A stretch of DNA of 64,000 nt from Gammaproteobacteria bacterium (GCA_023266115.1 JAHFRU010000006.1:67496-131495); one strand, 5' to 3'. Shown: positions 50,194 through 60,924, numbered from the stretch's first letter. Numbers and translations: made by a program. The notes: generated by a model not told the origin, from the sequence alone.

Positions 50194-51300
50194 ATGTCGG
50201 AGCGGATTGCGGGTCGTAAGGTGGCGCTGATAACCGGCGTGACAGGGCAGGATGGCGCGTATCTAGCCGAGTTTCTCTTGCAAAAAAATTATATTGTGCA
50301 CGGCATTAAACGCCGTTCGTCTTCTTTTAATACCGGTCGTATTGACCATCTTTACCAGGATCCGCACGTCCGTGACCGGCGGCTCGTGCTGCATTACGGT
50401 GACCTTGGCGACGCTACCAACCTGATCCGTATCATCCAGGAAGTCCAGCCGGACGAGATTTACAACCTGGCCGCGCAAAGCCATGTCGCGGTGTCGTTTG
50501 AAACCCCCGAGTACACCGCGAATTCCGACGCGCTGGGTACGCTGCGTCTGCTGGAGGCCATCCGGATTCTTGGTCTTGGCGGCAAGACACGGTTCTATCA
50601 GGCGTCGACCAGCGAAATGTTCGGCAAGGTTCAGGAAATTCCGCAAAAGGAAACGACGCCGTTTTATCCGCGCAGCCCATACGGCGCGGCGAAGGTATAT
50701 GCTTACTGGATTACGGTGAATTATCGCGAAGCGTACTGCATGTACGCGTGCAACGGCATCTTGTTTAATCATGAGTCGCCCATTCGTGGTGAAACGTTTG
50801 TCACACGCAAGATCACGCGTGCTGTGGCGAGGATGAAGCTGGAGCTCCAGGATAAACTGTATCTGGGAAATCTTGATGCGTTGCGGGACTGGGGCCATGC
50901 GCGTGACTACGTGGAGGCACAGTGGTTGATGCTGCAGCAGGAAGACGCGGATGATTACGTGATCGCAACCGGTCGACAGTGGTCAGTGCGTCAGTTTGTC
51001 GATGCGGCCTTTGCGGAAATTGGTGTTACGCTCGATTGGCAAGGCAAGGGAGTCGATGAAAGGGGGGTGGATTCCAGATCCGGGCGGATACTCGTTGAAG
51101 TAGATCCTCGATATTTCCGGCCTACCGAAGTCGATACATTGCTCGGTGACGCCAGCAAGGCCAAGGCAAAACTCGGGTGGTCGCCGACGACCTCGCTTGA
51201 GGAGATGGTCAGCGAGATGGTGCGTGAGGATTTAAAATCCGCCGAGAAGGATGATCTGTGCCGGCGCGAGGGCTTCCGCATCTTCGACAACATAGAATAA
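50194..51300 (+). CDS. gmd: GDP-mannose 4,6-dehydratase
   Basis: [69 protein letters not shown]. Start could be 50146. Confidence 0.96.
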   Translation: MSERIAGRKVALITGVTGQDGAYLAEFLLQKNYIVHGIKRRSSSFNTGRIDHLYQDPHVRDRRLVLHYGDLGDATNLIRIIQEVQPDEIYNLAAQSHVAVSFETPEYTANSDALGTLRLLEAIRILGLGGKTRFYQASTSEMFGKVQEIPQKETTPFYPRSPYGAAKVYAYWITVNYREAYCMYACNGILFNHESPIRGETFVTRKITRAVARMKLELQDKLYLGNLDALRDWGHARDYVEAQWLMLQQEDADDYVIATGRQWSVRQFVDAAFAEIGVTLDWQGKGVDERGVDSRSGRILVEVDPRYFRPTEVDTLLGDASKAKAKLGWSPTTSLEEMVSEMVREDLKSAEKDDLCRREGFRIFDNIE

Positions 51301-51308
51301 TCCCGTTG

Positions 51309-52250
51309 ATGGACAAACAAGCGAAGGTCTACGTTGCAGGTCATCGCGGCCTGGTTGGCTCCGCGCTTGTCCGCAAGTTGGAGGAGAGGGGCTTCGCGAA
51401 TATTGTGACAGCGACGAGCAAACAGCTCGACCTGCGTGACAACGCGGCGGTCGCCAATTTCTTCCGCAGCAATCGGCCGGATTATGTGTATGTGGCCGCG
51501 GCCAAGGTTGGCGGCATTCTCGCCAACGATACCTATCCGGCGGAGTTTCTTTACGACAACCTCATGATTGAGGCGAATCTGATACACGAAGCCTACCGCA
51601 GCGGTGTCGAAAAGCTGCTGTTTCTGGGTAGCACCTGTATCTATCCGAAACTCGCGCCACAACCGTTGAAAGAGGAATATCTGTTAACGGGTGCTCTGGA
51701 GCCGACAAACGAGTGGTACGCGGTGGCGAAGATTACCGGCATCAAACTATGCCAGGCCTATCGCCGGCAGTACGGTTGTCGTTTTATCGCGGCGATGCCG
51801 ACGAATCTGTATGGGCCGGGGGACAATTTCGATCTGAACCGTTCGCATGTACTGCCGGCGTTGATACGCAAGTTCCACGATGCCCGGCTGAGCGGTGCGC
51901 CCACTGTAACGGTTTGGGGCACCGGCAGTCCGCGTCGCGAATTTCTGCACAGCGATGATTGCGCCGATGCTTGCCTGTTTTTGATGGGGGAGTATGATAA
52001 CGAAGGCATCATTAATATCGGCGTCGGCAAGGACATTCCGATCAGGGAGCTGGCAATGCTTGTCGGCGAGGCGGTTGGATACAGGGGCGATATTGTGTTT
52101 GACACGTCGAAGCCGGACGGTACGCCACGAAAACTGGTGGATGTCGGCAAATTGACTGCGCTGGGCTGGACCGCGTCTATTCCGCTTGCTGATGGTATCC
52201 GGCAGGCATATCGGTGGTTTCTGCAGCATCCCCCGGGCGATGCATCATGA
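51309..52250 (+). CDS. fcl: GDP-L-fucose synthase
   Basis: VAGHRGLVGSA, AAAKVGGILAN, FLGSTCIYPK, LEPTNEWYAVAK, PTNLYGPGDNF, WGTGSPRREFLH, KPDGTPRK. Confidence 0.95.
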   Translation: MDKQAKVYVAGHRGLVGSALVRKLEERGFANIVTATSKQLDLRDNAAVANFFRSNRPDYVYVAAAKVGGILANDTYPAEFLYDNLMIEANLIHEAYRSGVEKLLFLGSTCIYPKLAPQPLKEEYLLTGALEPTNEWYAVAKITGIKLCQAYRRQYGCRFIAAMPTNLYGPGDNFDLNRSHVLPALIRKFHDARLSGAPTVTVWGTGSPRREFLHSDDCADACLFLMGEYDNEGIINIGVGKDIPIRELAMLVGEAVGYRGDIVFDTSKPDGTPRKLVDVGKLTALGWTASIPLADGIRQAYRWFLQHPPGDAS

Positions 52251-54673
52251 TGTCGCGGGTTCGTGATCGCAAAATGACAGGCGCTCGTACCGCGGTACAA
52301 TTCATTTTGGTGTTGCTGGCGATATTGCTGGTTGCGGCTTGCACTAATGTCGACGAGCGGAAGCGCGAGCATCTGCACCTGGGCAAGTCGCTGTATGAAG
52401 CCGGCGATCTGGCAAAGGCGCACACCGAGTTTACGCAGTTGCTCGCGATTGACGGTGGGGTTGCGGAAGGTTATTACTACCTCGGGCTGATTGGGGAGAA
52501 GCAGCAGAACTGGCGCGAAGCATTTGCCAATTTTCGCAAGACTATCGAGCTCGATCCCGCGCATGCGGATGCCCAAATCCGGCTCGGCCGCCTCTACCTG
52601 CTCGGACGACAAGCGGAACAGGCATTGCGCGCTGCGGACAGCGTGCTGACGCGCGAGCCAGAGAATTCGCGCGCTCTGACATTAAAAGCGGCGGCGGTTT
52701 CCCATTTGGGTGACTGGTCCGAGGCGATGCGCCTGGCCGAGTCGGCGTACCGGCTGGATCCTGGCAATGAGGACACGATTTCGCTGCTGGCGTTGATATA
52801 TCAGCACGAAAGCCTGCCGGAAAAGGCGATAGGATTTCTGGAACAAGGCATCAAGAACCTGCCACGCAGCGTGCCGTTGCGTCTTCAGCTTGCAAACGCG
52901 TTCAGTGAACGTAACGAATATGATCGTGCTGAGGTGCTGTTTCAGGAACTCGTCGCGCTGGCGCCTGAACAGACCGCCTATCGGGCGCAGTTGGCCGAGT
53001 TTTATTCGAAGCTGGGCCATCTTGATCAAGCCGAGAAGGTCTTGTGGGATGCGATAAGCGCCGATCCTGATGATGAAAGTCGGCGGTTGTTACTGGCCGA
53101 GTTTCTGGTAGCGAAGCGTAGCGCGCAGGATGCGGAGAAGGAGCTGCTCGCGTTTCTGGATGAGGAACCCGGTGCGTTTTCCGTCCGATTTCGGCTGGCC
53201 AGGCTTTACGAATCCGCAAACGAACTTGATCGGGCGGAAAAGGCCTACCGCGACATCATCAAATTAAGCCGCAGCGGTCCGGACAATGCGCTGGCGAAAA
53301 ACAAGCTGGCGCTGATATTGATGGACAAGGGCCGCAAGCCGGAAGCGTTGCAGTTGATTACGGAAATACTCGACGAAAATCACAGTAACGTCGATGCGCT
53401 CGCCATCCGGGGCAGGATGGCGCTCGCTGATCGCGATGCGGCGGGCGCGATCCGGGATTTCGAGAACGTGTTGTCGGTGCAGCCGGACGCGGTAGCCGTT
53501 GTCGGCAATCTGGCGGACGCCTATGTCGCCAATAACGAGCCGGAAAAGGCCAATGACATATTGCGCAAGGCGATCGCGGTGCATCCTCGCGCCCTTGAAG
53601 CGCGTTACGCATTAATCAACATGTTGGTGGCTGCGCAGGATTTTGCAGCGGCGGATCAGGTCGCGAAGGAGCTGCTGGCGGTTTCGCCGGGTGACATCCA
53701 GGCGCTCAAGCTGGTCGTTGACCTGCAGATTGCGCGTAAGGACTGGGCGGCGGCGGCCGGTACTGCCGAGGTAATTACGCGTACTTATCCGGACCAGGCG
53801 GTCGGCTATTTCAAGCTCGGTGAAACCCTCGGCAAGCAAGGCAAGCTCGATGCGGCAATCAAGCAGTATGTGATCGCCGTCGAGAAGGCGCCCGAGGTGT
53901 TCGAAACAAACGCGGCGGTTGTTCGTGGTTATCTCGCGACGAACAGCCCGGCGCCCGCCATGCAGCATGTGCAGCGCTTTATCAAGGCGTATCCGGCCAG
54001 CGCGGGCGCCTACGATCTGCTCGGTGAGGTGTATCTCTACCAGAACAAGGAAAAAGAGGCGATTACGGCGTTTCGCAAGGCGATAAACCTGAATCCGAAG
54101 CAGCCGGAACCCTACAGAAATCTGACCAATCTCTACACGGTGCGCGGTGATCTGGATAGCGCGATCGCCGTTTACAAGGAGGCGCTCGCCATCGCACCTG
54201 GAAAATCCCAGTTGGCGATGTTGCTGGCCGGTGCGTATGAGAGTAACGGTCAGTTTGACGATGCCATGCAGACGTACGAGGGAATAGTCACGCGGAATCC
54301 GGCGCAGTCCGATGCGGCCAACCGGCTGGCGCGGCTGTTGACCGAGCGCCGCGGCGATCCTGCTGCATTGCGCAAGGCGCTGGATTACGCCAGGGGGTTT
54401 GAGGGTTCGACCAATCCCGAGTATCTGGACACGCTTGGCTGGATCCACTATCACCAGGGCGACGCTATCGCAGCGATCGCCAGGTTAAAGAACGCAGCGG
54501 AGCTGGCGCCACAGATTCCGTTGCTGCAATACCATCTGGGTATGGCATACGCGTTGAACCAGCAGAACGAAGAGGCGGTGGCCCACCTGCGGCGCGCCGT
54601 TGATGCCGGTCAGGAATTTACCGGTCTGGCGGTTGCCCGGGAGACACTGGAAAGGCTGGCCCCTGCTCAGTGA
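52247..54673 (+). CDS. Large tetratricopeptide-repeat lipoprotein (PrsT-like, EPS-locus associated)
   Basis: Hydrophobic signal with lipobox LVAAC, many TPR repeats, C-terminal YLDTLGWIHY...YHLGMAY pattern. ATGA overlap with fcl. Confidence 0.8.
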   Translation: MMSRVRDRKMTGARTAVQFILVLLAILLVAACTNVDERKREHLHLGKSLYEAGDLAKAHTEFTQLLAIDGGVAEGYYYLGLIGEKQQNWREAFANFRKTIELDPAHADAQIRLGRLYLLGRQAEQALRAADSVLTREPENSRALTLKAAAVSHLGDWSEAMRLAESAYRLDPGNEDTISLLALIYQHESLPEKAIGFLEQGIKNLPRSVPLRLQLANAFSERNEYDRAEVLFQELVALAPEQTAYRAQLAEFYSKLGHLDQAEKVLWDAISADPDDESRRLLLAEFLVAKRSAQDAEKELLAFLDEEPGAFSVRFRLARLYESANELDRAEKAYRDIIKLSRSGPDNALAKNKLALILMDKGRKPEALQLITEILDENHSNVDALAIRGRMALADRDAAGAIRDFENVLSVQPDAVAVVGNLADAYVANNEPEKANDILRKAIAVHPRALEARYALINMLVAAQDFAAADQVAKELLAVSPGDIQALKLVVDLQIARKDWAAAAGTAEVITRTYPDQAVGYFKLGETLGKQGKLDAAIKQYVIAVEKAPEVFETNAAVVRGYLATNSPAPAMQHVQRFIKAYPASAGAYDLLGEVYLYQNKEKEAITAFRKAINLNPKQPEPYRNLTNLYTVRGDLDSAIAVYKEALAIAPGKSQLAMLLAGAYESNGQFDDAMQTYEGIVTRNPAQSDAANRLARLLTERRGDPAALRKALDYARGFEGSTNPEYLDTLGWIHYHQGDAIAAIARLKNAAELAPQIPLLQYHLGMAYALNQQNEEAVAHLRRAVDAGQEFTGLAVARETLERLAPAQ

Positions 54674-55935
54674 TCGGGTGATTCCTGCGCGACTTCTCGT
54701 GCGCTTTTCTCGACTGGTTCCAGCGGATCGAGGGGGCGATTGGCGTGGATGCCCATTTCCGTGAATTTGCGCGCTCCGGGAACCACCTGACGTTCGAATG
54801 AACCTACCGCCCGGTTGTAATGATCCAGGCTGCTGTTGAGTGTTTTTCCCAGCCGGCCCAGATGTTCGCTAAATGTAGCTAGCCGCTTGTACAGTTCCTC
54901 GCCGACATGGCGAATATGCTCGGCGTTATCAGCCAGCACCTGTTGCCGCCAGCCATAGGCGACCGCGCGCAGCAGCGCGACTAAACTGGTCGGTGTCGCC
55001 AGTATCACCTTCTGACGCAGCGCGTCCTCCAGCAGGCTGCGGTCATGGTCCAGCGCCGCGCTGAGAAACTGATCCCCTGGAATAAACAGCACGATGAAAT
55101 CCGGGCTCCGGGCAAACTGATCCCAGTAGGCCTTGTTGGCAAGTTCGCGTACCCGCTCACGAACGTTGCGCGCGTGTTTTTCAAGAAACCGGGTGCGGGT
55201 GTCGTCGTCAGTCGCTTCGACGGCGTTCAGGTACGCATCGAGCGGCGTTTTGACGTCGACAATAATCTCGCGCTCATCCGGCATCCGTACGATCATATCC
55301 GGGCGCATCGCGCCGTCGCCGGAGACCGTGTGCTCCTGCTCGAAGAAATCGCAGTGTTCGACCATGCCGGCGAGTTCGACCAGCCGCCGTAACGTCATTT
55401 CTCCCCATTGACCGCGCACCTCCGGGCGGCGCAGGGCCTGCACCAGATTGCGTGTTTCGCTATGCAGCAGCTGCTGGGTCTGGGCCATTGATTCCATGTG
55501 CCTGGTGAGCGATCCATAGGCCTCCTTGCGGGAATTCTCGAGTTCGTTTATCTGGCGCTCCGTTTTCTCGAGTGCTTCCCGGATCGGTTTGACGAATCCT
55601 TCGATCGCCTTCTCGCGCGTTTTCAGTTCACCTTGTGCCTGGGCATGAAAACCTTTGAGGTTTTCGTTAGCAAGCTTGAGAAATTCCTCAGTGTTGCTCT
55701 TGAGCGCCTGGTGCGACAACGCCGTAAACGTATCCGCCAGGGTTGCACGCGCGTTTTCCATCGCGGCGATCCGTTCGGCTGCTGCCCGACGCTCTGATTC
55801 AATCTCCGCGCCCAGAGCGGCGTTACGCTCCCGCAGTTGAGCGATGTCGCGATGGGCAGACAGACGCGCGATCAGCCAGCCGATGACCAGCGCGGCGATG
55901 GCGACCGTGATCAGGATGGGCAGCCCCGGGCTCAC
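54667..55935 (-). CDS. rmuC: DNA recombination protein RmuC
   Basis: N-terminal TM + coiled coil, RGQWGEMTL, RPDMIVRMP, IVDVKTPL, SPDFIVLFIPG, LATPTSLVALL. Confidence 0.93.
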   Translation of the reverse strand: MSPGLPILITVAIAALVIGWLIARLSAHRDIAQLRERNAALGAEIESERRAAAERIAAMENARATLADTFTALSHQALKSNTEEFLKLANENLKGFHAQAQGELKTREKAIEGFVKPIREALEKTERQINELENSRKEAYGSLTRHMESMAQTQQLLHSETRNLVQALRRPEVRGQWGEMTLRRLVELAGMVEHCDFFEQEHTVSGDGAMRPDMIVRMPDEREIIVDVKTPLDAYLNAVEATDDDTRTRFLEKHARNVRERVRELANKAYWDQFARSPDFIVLFIPGDQFLSAALDHDRSLLEDALRQKVILATPTSLVALLRAVAYGWRQQVLADNAEHIRHVGEELYKRLATFSEHLGRLGKTLNSSLDHYNRAVGSFERQVVPGARKFTEMGIHANRPLDPLEPVEKSAREVAQESPDH

Positions 55936-55998
55936 CGCCGGTTACGCCTGCCGCGACAGCGCGTGGCAGCCCGGAGTGGTGAGGCGTTGGTTCGCGTC

Positions 55999-56688
55999 TT
56001 ACTCATTGCCGTGTGCCTTTATCCAGTCGAGGATTTCCAGCGGCTGTTTTACCATGCCGTCCGCCTGCCAGGTTTCCGGGTGGTCGTCATCACCAAGATA
56101 GCCGAACAGCGCGACCAGTGTCTTCATGCCGGCGCGCCGGCCGGCCTCGATGTCGCGCTCGGCGTCGCCGACGTAAAGGCAATGGCGTGCCTCGCTGCCG
56201 GCTTCGCGGCACGCATGCAGCATCGGTTCCGGATGCGGTTTGCGGTTGGTCGTGCTGTCGCCACTGACGATACTGGCCGCGCGGGCGCTAAGTCCCAGTG
56301 CCGCCATCAGCGGTTCCGTCAGCCAACGGGGTTTGTTGGTGACCACGCCCCAGTTGAGTCCTTGTACCTGCAACGCCGCCAATACCTCGTCGATGCCGGG
56401 AAACAACCGCGTGCGGTCGCCAATGTGCCGCCGGTAGGTTTGCAGAAACTGTTTGCGTAGTCCTTCGAATTCAGGGGTATCGGCTGGTATTTGAAAGCCA
56501 AGGCGCAGTAATGCGGTGCCGCCATGCGATACCACCGGACGGATCTGTTCGAATGGTAGCGGCGCGCGACCCTGTCCGGCGAGCGTCTGATTTAACGCGT
56601 GGGCGAGATCGGGGGCGGTATCCGCCAGCGTGCCGTCGAGATCGAAGAGCACGGTACGTATGCGGGTGGGTCCGTCAGGCGATCTCAT
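55999..56688 (-). CDS. HAD phosphatase (phosphoglycolate phosphatase / MupP-like)
   Basis: LFDLDGTLADTAPDL, WGVVTNKP, RKPHPEP, YVGDAERDIEAG. Downstream of ubiG. Confidence 0.9.
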   Translation of the reverse strand: MRSPDGPTRIRTVLFDLDGTLADTAPDLAHALNQTLAGQGRAPLPFEQIRPVVSHGGTALLRLGFQIPADTPEFEGLRKQFLQTYRRHIGDRTRLFPGIDEVLAALQVQGLNWGVVTNKPRWLTEPLMAALGLSARAASIVSGDSTTNRKPHPEPMLHACREAGSEARHCLYVGDAERDIEAGRRAGMKTLVALFGYLGDDDHPETWQADGMVKQPLEILDWIKAHGNE

Positions 56689-56759
56689 GGAAGTAATAGG
56701 CCGTATTTTTAGATGCTTGTATTGTTATTGCAATCAATTCACTTAGACGGCAGAGTGGT

Positions 56760-57467
56760 TCAGGCCTTGCGAAAGCAGGCCAGGTAGTTGACGTCCACGT
56801 CGTTGTTCAACGAATACCGGCGCGTCAGCGGGTTGAATCCGATACCGCCGAGTGTCTCTAACGACAGGCCGGCTTGGCGAGACCACGCGCCGAGCTCGGA
56901 AGGCCGTACAAACCGCCGGTAATCGTGGGTGCCCTTGGGCAACATGTTCAACAAGTACTCCGCGCCGATAACCGCCAGCAGGTAGGCCTTGGGATTTCGA
57001 TTGATCGTCGAGAAGAATACGTGGCCGCCCGGGCGAACGAGCGCCGCGCAAGCCGCCACCAGTGATACCGGGTCCGGAACATGCTCCAGCAGCTCCATGC
57101 AGGTAACCACATCAAACGCCCCGGGTTGCCCGGCGGCGAATGATTCCGCCGTGGATTGCCGGTAGTCCACGGCGATACCATTCTCAGCCAGGTGCAGACG
57201 CGCGACGGACAACGACGCCCCGGCCATATCGATGCCGGTCACCTGCGCGCCGCGTTGGGCCAGTGCCTCGGACAGAATTCCTCCGCCACAGCCGACGTCA
57301 ACCACCCGGGTTCCGGAGAGATCGACATACCCGGCGATGAAGTGGAGCCGCAATGGATTGATGTCGTGGAGTGGTTTGCACTCACCGGCGGGGTCCCACC
57401 AGCGCGCCGCCAGTTTCTCGAACTTGGCAACTTCTCGCGGGTCGACATTTTCAGTAACGCTGGACAT
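56760..57467 (-). CDS. ubiG: Ubiquinone biosynthesis O-methyltransferase
   Basis: [64 protein letters not shown]. Confidence 0.96.
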   Translation of the reverse strand: MSSVTENVDPREVAKFEKLAARWWDPAGECKPLHDINPLRLHFIAGYVDLSGTRVVDVGCGGGILSEALAQRGAQVTGIDMAGASLSVARLHLAENGIAVDYRQSTAESFAAGQPGAFDVVTCMELLEHVPDPVSLVAACAALVRPGGHVFFSTINRNPKAYLLAVIGAEYLLNMLPKGTHDYRRFVRPSELGAWSRQAGLSLETLGGIGFNPLTRRYSLNNDVDVNYLACFRKA

Positions 57468-57475
57468 AGCCCGAC

Positions 57476-57481
57476 ATTATA
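57476..57481 (-). promoter_or_regulatory. Consensus -10 box 8 nt upstream of the ubiG ATG
   Basis: Minus strand TATAAT-GTCGGGCT-ATG. No Shine-Dalgarno. Confidence 0.5.
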
Positions 57482-57538
57482 CGTCAACTCGTCGGGGACT
57501 ATCGGGGGCTGCGTGTTACGAGCTAAGTGTTTTCGACG

Positions 57539-58882
57539 CTAATGGGACGTGCGGCCGGGGAAACCGTTCGTTGCGGCAATGCGCTCTCGCCATTGCCGTG
57601 CCTTGGCGAGCACGGCCGCCGTATCTAGCGTCAGCAACTCACGGTTTTTCAGCAATTGCCTGCCGGCGACCCAGACATCGGTTACCTGTTGGCGGCTTGC
57701 GGCGTAGACGAGATGGGAGACCGGGTCATACAACGGCTGCGTTTCGATGTCATCCAGTCTGACCGCCGTAAAATCAGCCGCTTTCCCCGGCAGCAGCGAG
57801 CCGATCTTACTGTCCATTCCCATGGCCTTCGCGCCGCCGAGCGTCGCGATCTTCAGCGCCTGCATTGCCGGCAGTGCGCTGGCATCACCGGCGACTGCTT
57901 TGGCAATCAGGGCCGCCGTGCGCATTTCTCCAAACATATCCAGATCATTATTGCTGGCCGCGCCATCGGTGCCCAGGCCGATGTTGATTCCAGAACGCGC
58001 AACGTTCGCGACCGGGCAGAAGCCACTCGCCAGTTTCAGATTCGATTCCGGGCAGTGAACAATGTGCGCACCGCCGGCAGCGATCATCGCGATTTCGTCA
58101 TCGTTGAGTTGTGTCATGTGAACCGCCATCAGCCGCGGCGATAGCAGGCCGAGGCGGGCGAGACGTTGTAAAGGGCGCTCGTTATGCTGTGCGAGACTTT
58201 GACCGATCTCGTCCGCGGTTTCGTGTACGTGCATATGTATTGGAATGTCGAGTTCGTCCGCCAGCACCCGCACTTTCTCCAGCGGGCTATTGGAAACCGT
58301 GTAAGGCGCATGGGGCGCGAATGCGGTGCGTATCAACGGATCAGAACGGAACTGGTCATGTATCGCCAGCCCCTTGCTGATGTATTCATCGCTGCTCGCT
58401 GCCCACACAGTCGGGAAGTCGATGAGTATCAGGCCGACCATGGCACGCATACCGGCGTCAGCCGCGACGCGTGCGGTTTCATCGGCAAAAAAATACATGT
58501 CGTTGAAGCAGGTGGTACCCCCACGCAGCATTTCTGCAACGGCGAGTTCGGTGCCATCGCTGGCAAATTCCGCGCTGACCCAGGCCTGTTCGGCCGGCCA
58601 GATGTGTTTGTTCAGCCAGTCCATCAGAGGCAGATCGTCGGCGAGGCCGCGGAACAACGTCATGGCCGCGTGCGTGTGGGCGTTTACCAGGCCGGGAATA
58701 ATGGCGTGATCGGTCAGGCGCGCGGTCGTGTTCGCCTGATATCTTTGGTCAGCCTCGGCGGACGGCAAGACCGCGACAATGCGACCGCTGTGCACCACCA
58801 GCGCGTGATTTTCATATGTCACGCCTTCCGGTTCGACCGGGATGAGCCAGCGCGCATGAGCGATCAGATCGACAGTATTCAT
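57539..58882 (-). CDS. TRZ/ATZ amidohydrolase (5'-methylthioadenosine / S-adenosylhomocysteine deaminase-like)
   Basis: PGLVNAHTHAAMTLFRG, FAPHAPYTVS, HMHVHET, HCPESNLKLASG, LGTDGAASNN.LDM. Near mtnA. Confidence 0.9.
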   Translation of the reverse strand: MNTVDLIAHARWLIPVEPEGVTYENHALVVHSGRIVAVLPSAEADQRYQANTTARLTDHAIIPGLVNAHTHAAMTLFRGLADDLPLMDWLNKHIWPAEQAWVSAEFASDGTELAVAEMLRGGTTCFNDMYFFADETARVAADAGMRAMVGLILIDFPTVWAASSDEYISKGLAIHDQFRSDPLIRTAFAPHAPYTVSNSPLEKVRVLADELDIPIHMHVHETADEIGQSLAQHNERPLQRLARLGLLSPRLMAVHMTQLNDDEIAMIAAGGAHIVHCPESNLKLASGFCPVANVARSGINIGLGTDGAASNNDLDMFGEMRTAALIAKAVAGDASALPAMQALKIATLGGAKAMGMDSKIGSLLPGKAADFTAVRLDDIETQPLYDPVSHLVYAASRQQVTDVWVAGRQLLKNRELLTLDTAAVLAKARQWRERIAATNGFPGRTSH

Positions 58883-59017
58883 AGGCAAGAATTTTTCCGC
58901 AGGCAGTATAACCCGAACGGAGAAATTTTCGCCAAGACCGCGAAGTACCAGGCGATCGGCACGGAGAGTGGTGTGCGGTGCTAACCAGGCAGCGGCGCGG
59001 GACTGGCGCCGCGATTC

Positions 59018-59608
59018 TCACGGCGCCGGGCGGCGCATCACTACGTACAAGCTAACGTTACGATTGTTGGCGCGGCCTGCAGCGTTCCAGTGTTCGTCGA
59101 CCGGATCACGTTCGCCGGCCGCGCCCATCGCCAGGCGTTCACCGGCAATGCCGCGATTGATCAAATACGTTTTGACCGCTATGGCGCGCTTCTCGGCGAG
59201 GTTATCGTTATACCCCTCGGTGCCGGTGCTATCGGTATGCCCGTTGATATACACCCGATGTACGTTTTCAAGATTGAGTAACAGATATATGGCGGCGGCA
59301 TCGAGTGAGCGGGTGGCCTGTCCGTTGACCGAGGCTTTATTATGGTCGAAAGGCACTCTCGCGAGCGTCACGTACGCGAATTCCGTCCCGACACAACTCA
59401 TCGCCTTGGGATCAATATTGAGCGGCGGGCATTCAAACAGCACATCGGCTGACTGCCGGATGGTCGGGGCGCCTGGCGCCGACGATACCTGTGGCGCCAT
59501 TGCAACCGTGACAGGTTCCGGCACGCCAGTGTCTCCGATCACGAACCCGGTGACTAACCAGCCCGATATCGCGAGGGAAATGGCGCCGAGTTTCCGTTGT
59601 TTTTCCAT
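59018..59608 (-). CDS. OmpA-like peptidoglycan-binding domain protein with a single N-terminal hydrophobic segment
   Basis: VPFDHNKA, INGHTDSTGTEGYNDNLAEKRAIAVKTYL, G.GERDPV, GRANNRNV. Start approximate. Confidence 0.8.
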   Translation of the reverse strand: MEKQRKLGAISLAISGWLVTGFVIGDTGVPEPVTVAMAPQVSSAPGAPTIRQSADVLFECPPLNIDPKAMSCVGTEFAYVTLARVPFDHNKASVNGQATRSLDAAAIYLLLNLENVHRVYINGHTDSTGTEGYNDNLAEKRAIAVKTYLINRGIAGERLAMGAAGERDPVDEHWNAAGRANNRNVSLYVVMRRPAP

Positions 59609-59809
59609 TGGTGACAGCACCCAGGCTGGTGATGGCAAGGTGGCAAAAGCTGCCGTATTACCCCCAGATATCGGCAAGATGTGCCCCTTCTTAAATTGCG
59701 GAATCGCCGGGTTTTGAGCCGGCAGAGTTCTGTGCGGAGGCTATTCTGCTGGTGTCACGAAGCCAACAAACTTATTATGGCTGTTTCTCGGATCAATCGG
59801 GTCACGGCG

Positions 59810-60862
59810 ATGGCGAGCGCGCAAGGTTCGGTAATAAAGGCAGTGGAATGGGCTGGTGGCGGCGTGCGGCTGCTCGATCAGCGCATCCTGCCGGGAAAAA
59901 TTAACTATTTGTTTTATAAAGAATCATCCGGCGTCGCGTCAGCAATACGGGAGATGGTCGTCCGCGGTGCGCCGGCGATCGGTATTGCGGCGGCCTACGG
60001 CGTCGTTTGTGCAGCGCGCCGCCGGTACGCACTATCGCCCGGAACCTGGCAGCGGGAAATTGCTGTGGATTTTGCCGAGCTTGCCGACAGTCGGCCGACG
60101 GCCGTCAATCTGCGCTGGGCGCTGGATCGCATGAAGTCCCGGCTGGGCGACATTTCCGGCGATCCCGAGCCCGCTCTGCTCGCCGAAGCGCGCCGTGTCC
60201 ACGACGAGGACATCGCGGCCAACCGCCGCATGGGCGACCTGGGTGCGCAGCTTATCGATCAACGCTGTGCGGTGCTGACCCATTGCAATGCCGGCGCGCT
60301 CGCGACCGGTGGTTTTGGGACCGCCCTCGGGGTGGTGCGGGCGGCCTATGCGAGCGGGCACATTTCTCTGGTGTATGCCGACGAGACGCGGCCGTGGTTG
60401 CAAGGGTCCCGGCTGACAGCGTGGGAACTCGTGCAGGATCACATTCCGGTAACGCTGATAGGTGATGGCGCCGCCGCGCACTTGCTCAAACAGGGTGGCG
60501 TCAAGTGGATTATCGTTGGTGCGGACCGTATCGCCGCGAACGGCGATGCCGCCAACAAGATCGGCACCTACAATCTGGCGGTGGTAGCACGCCACCATGG
60601 CGTGAAGTTTATGGTGGTGGCGCCGACGTCGACGATCGATATGCAGACAGCAACCGGCCACGATATCCCGATCGAGGAGCGCGCGGCCGATGAGTTGCTG
60701 AGCGTTGCCGGTGTCAGGATTGCCGCCGAGGGCGCGCAGGCCTGGAATCCAGTGTTCGACGTGACACCGGCGGACCTGATCGATGTCATAGTCACCGAAA
60801 AGGGTGTTGTCGCTGCGCCGGATGCCCGGAAAATGGCTGCCTTGATGAAAGCTGATCGTTAG
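59810..60862 (+). CDS. mtnA: S-methyl-5-thioribose-1-phosphate isomerase
   Basis: [80 protein letters not shown]. Alternative start 59777. Confidence 0.95.
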   Translation: MASAQGSVIKAVEWAGGGVRLLDQRILPGKINYLFYKESSGVASAIREMVVRGAPAIGIAAAYGVVCAARRRYALSPGTWQREIAVDFAELADSRPTAVNLRWALDRMKSRLGDISGDPEPALLAEARRVHDEDIAANRRMGDLGAQLIDQRCAVLTHCNAGALATGGFGTALGVVRAAYASGHISLVYADETRPWLQGSRLTAWELVQDHIPVTLIGDGAAAHLLKQGGVKWIIVGADRIAANGDAANKIGTYNLAVVARHHGVKFMVVAPTSTIDMQTATGHDIPIEERAADELLSVAGVRIAAEGAQAWNPVFDVTPADLIDVIVTEKGVVAAPDARKMAALMKADR

Positions 60863-60915
60863 TGACTTGGTTTATGGCATCGCGTTATTTCTGATGAATT
60901 TTACGCGGCTATTTA

Positions 60916-60924
60916 TGCTAAAAT
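60916..60924 (+). promoter_or_regulatory. Putative extended -10 promoter of gyrA
   Basis: TGcTAAAAT about 95 nt upstream of the gyrA ATG, in an AT-rich intergenic region. Confidence 0.45.

Noticed and set aside
59681..59810. SAM/SAH riboswitch upstream of mtnA or the deaminase
   Set aside because: No recognisable conserved riboswitch core found by eye. An Rfam scan would be needed to exclude it fully.
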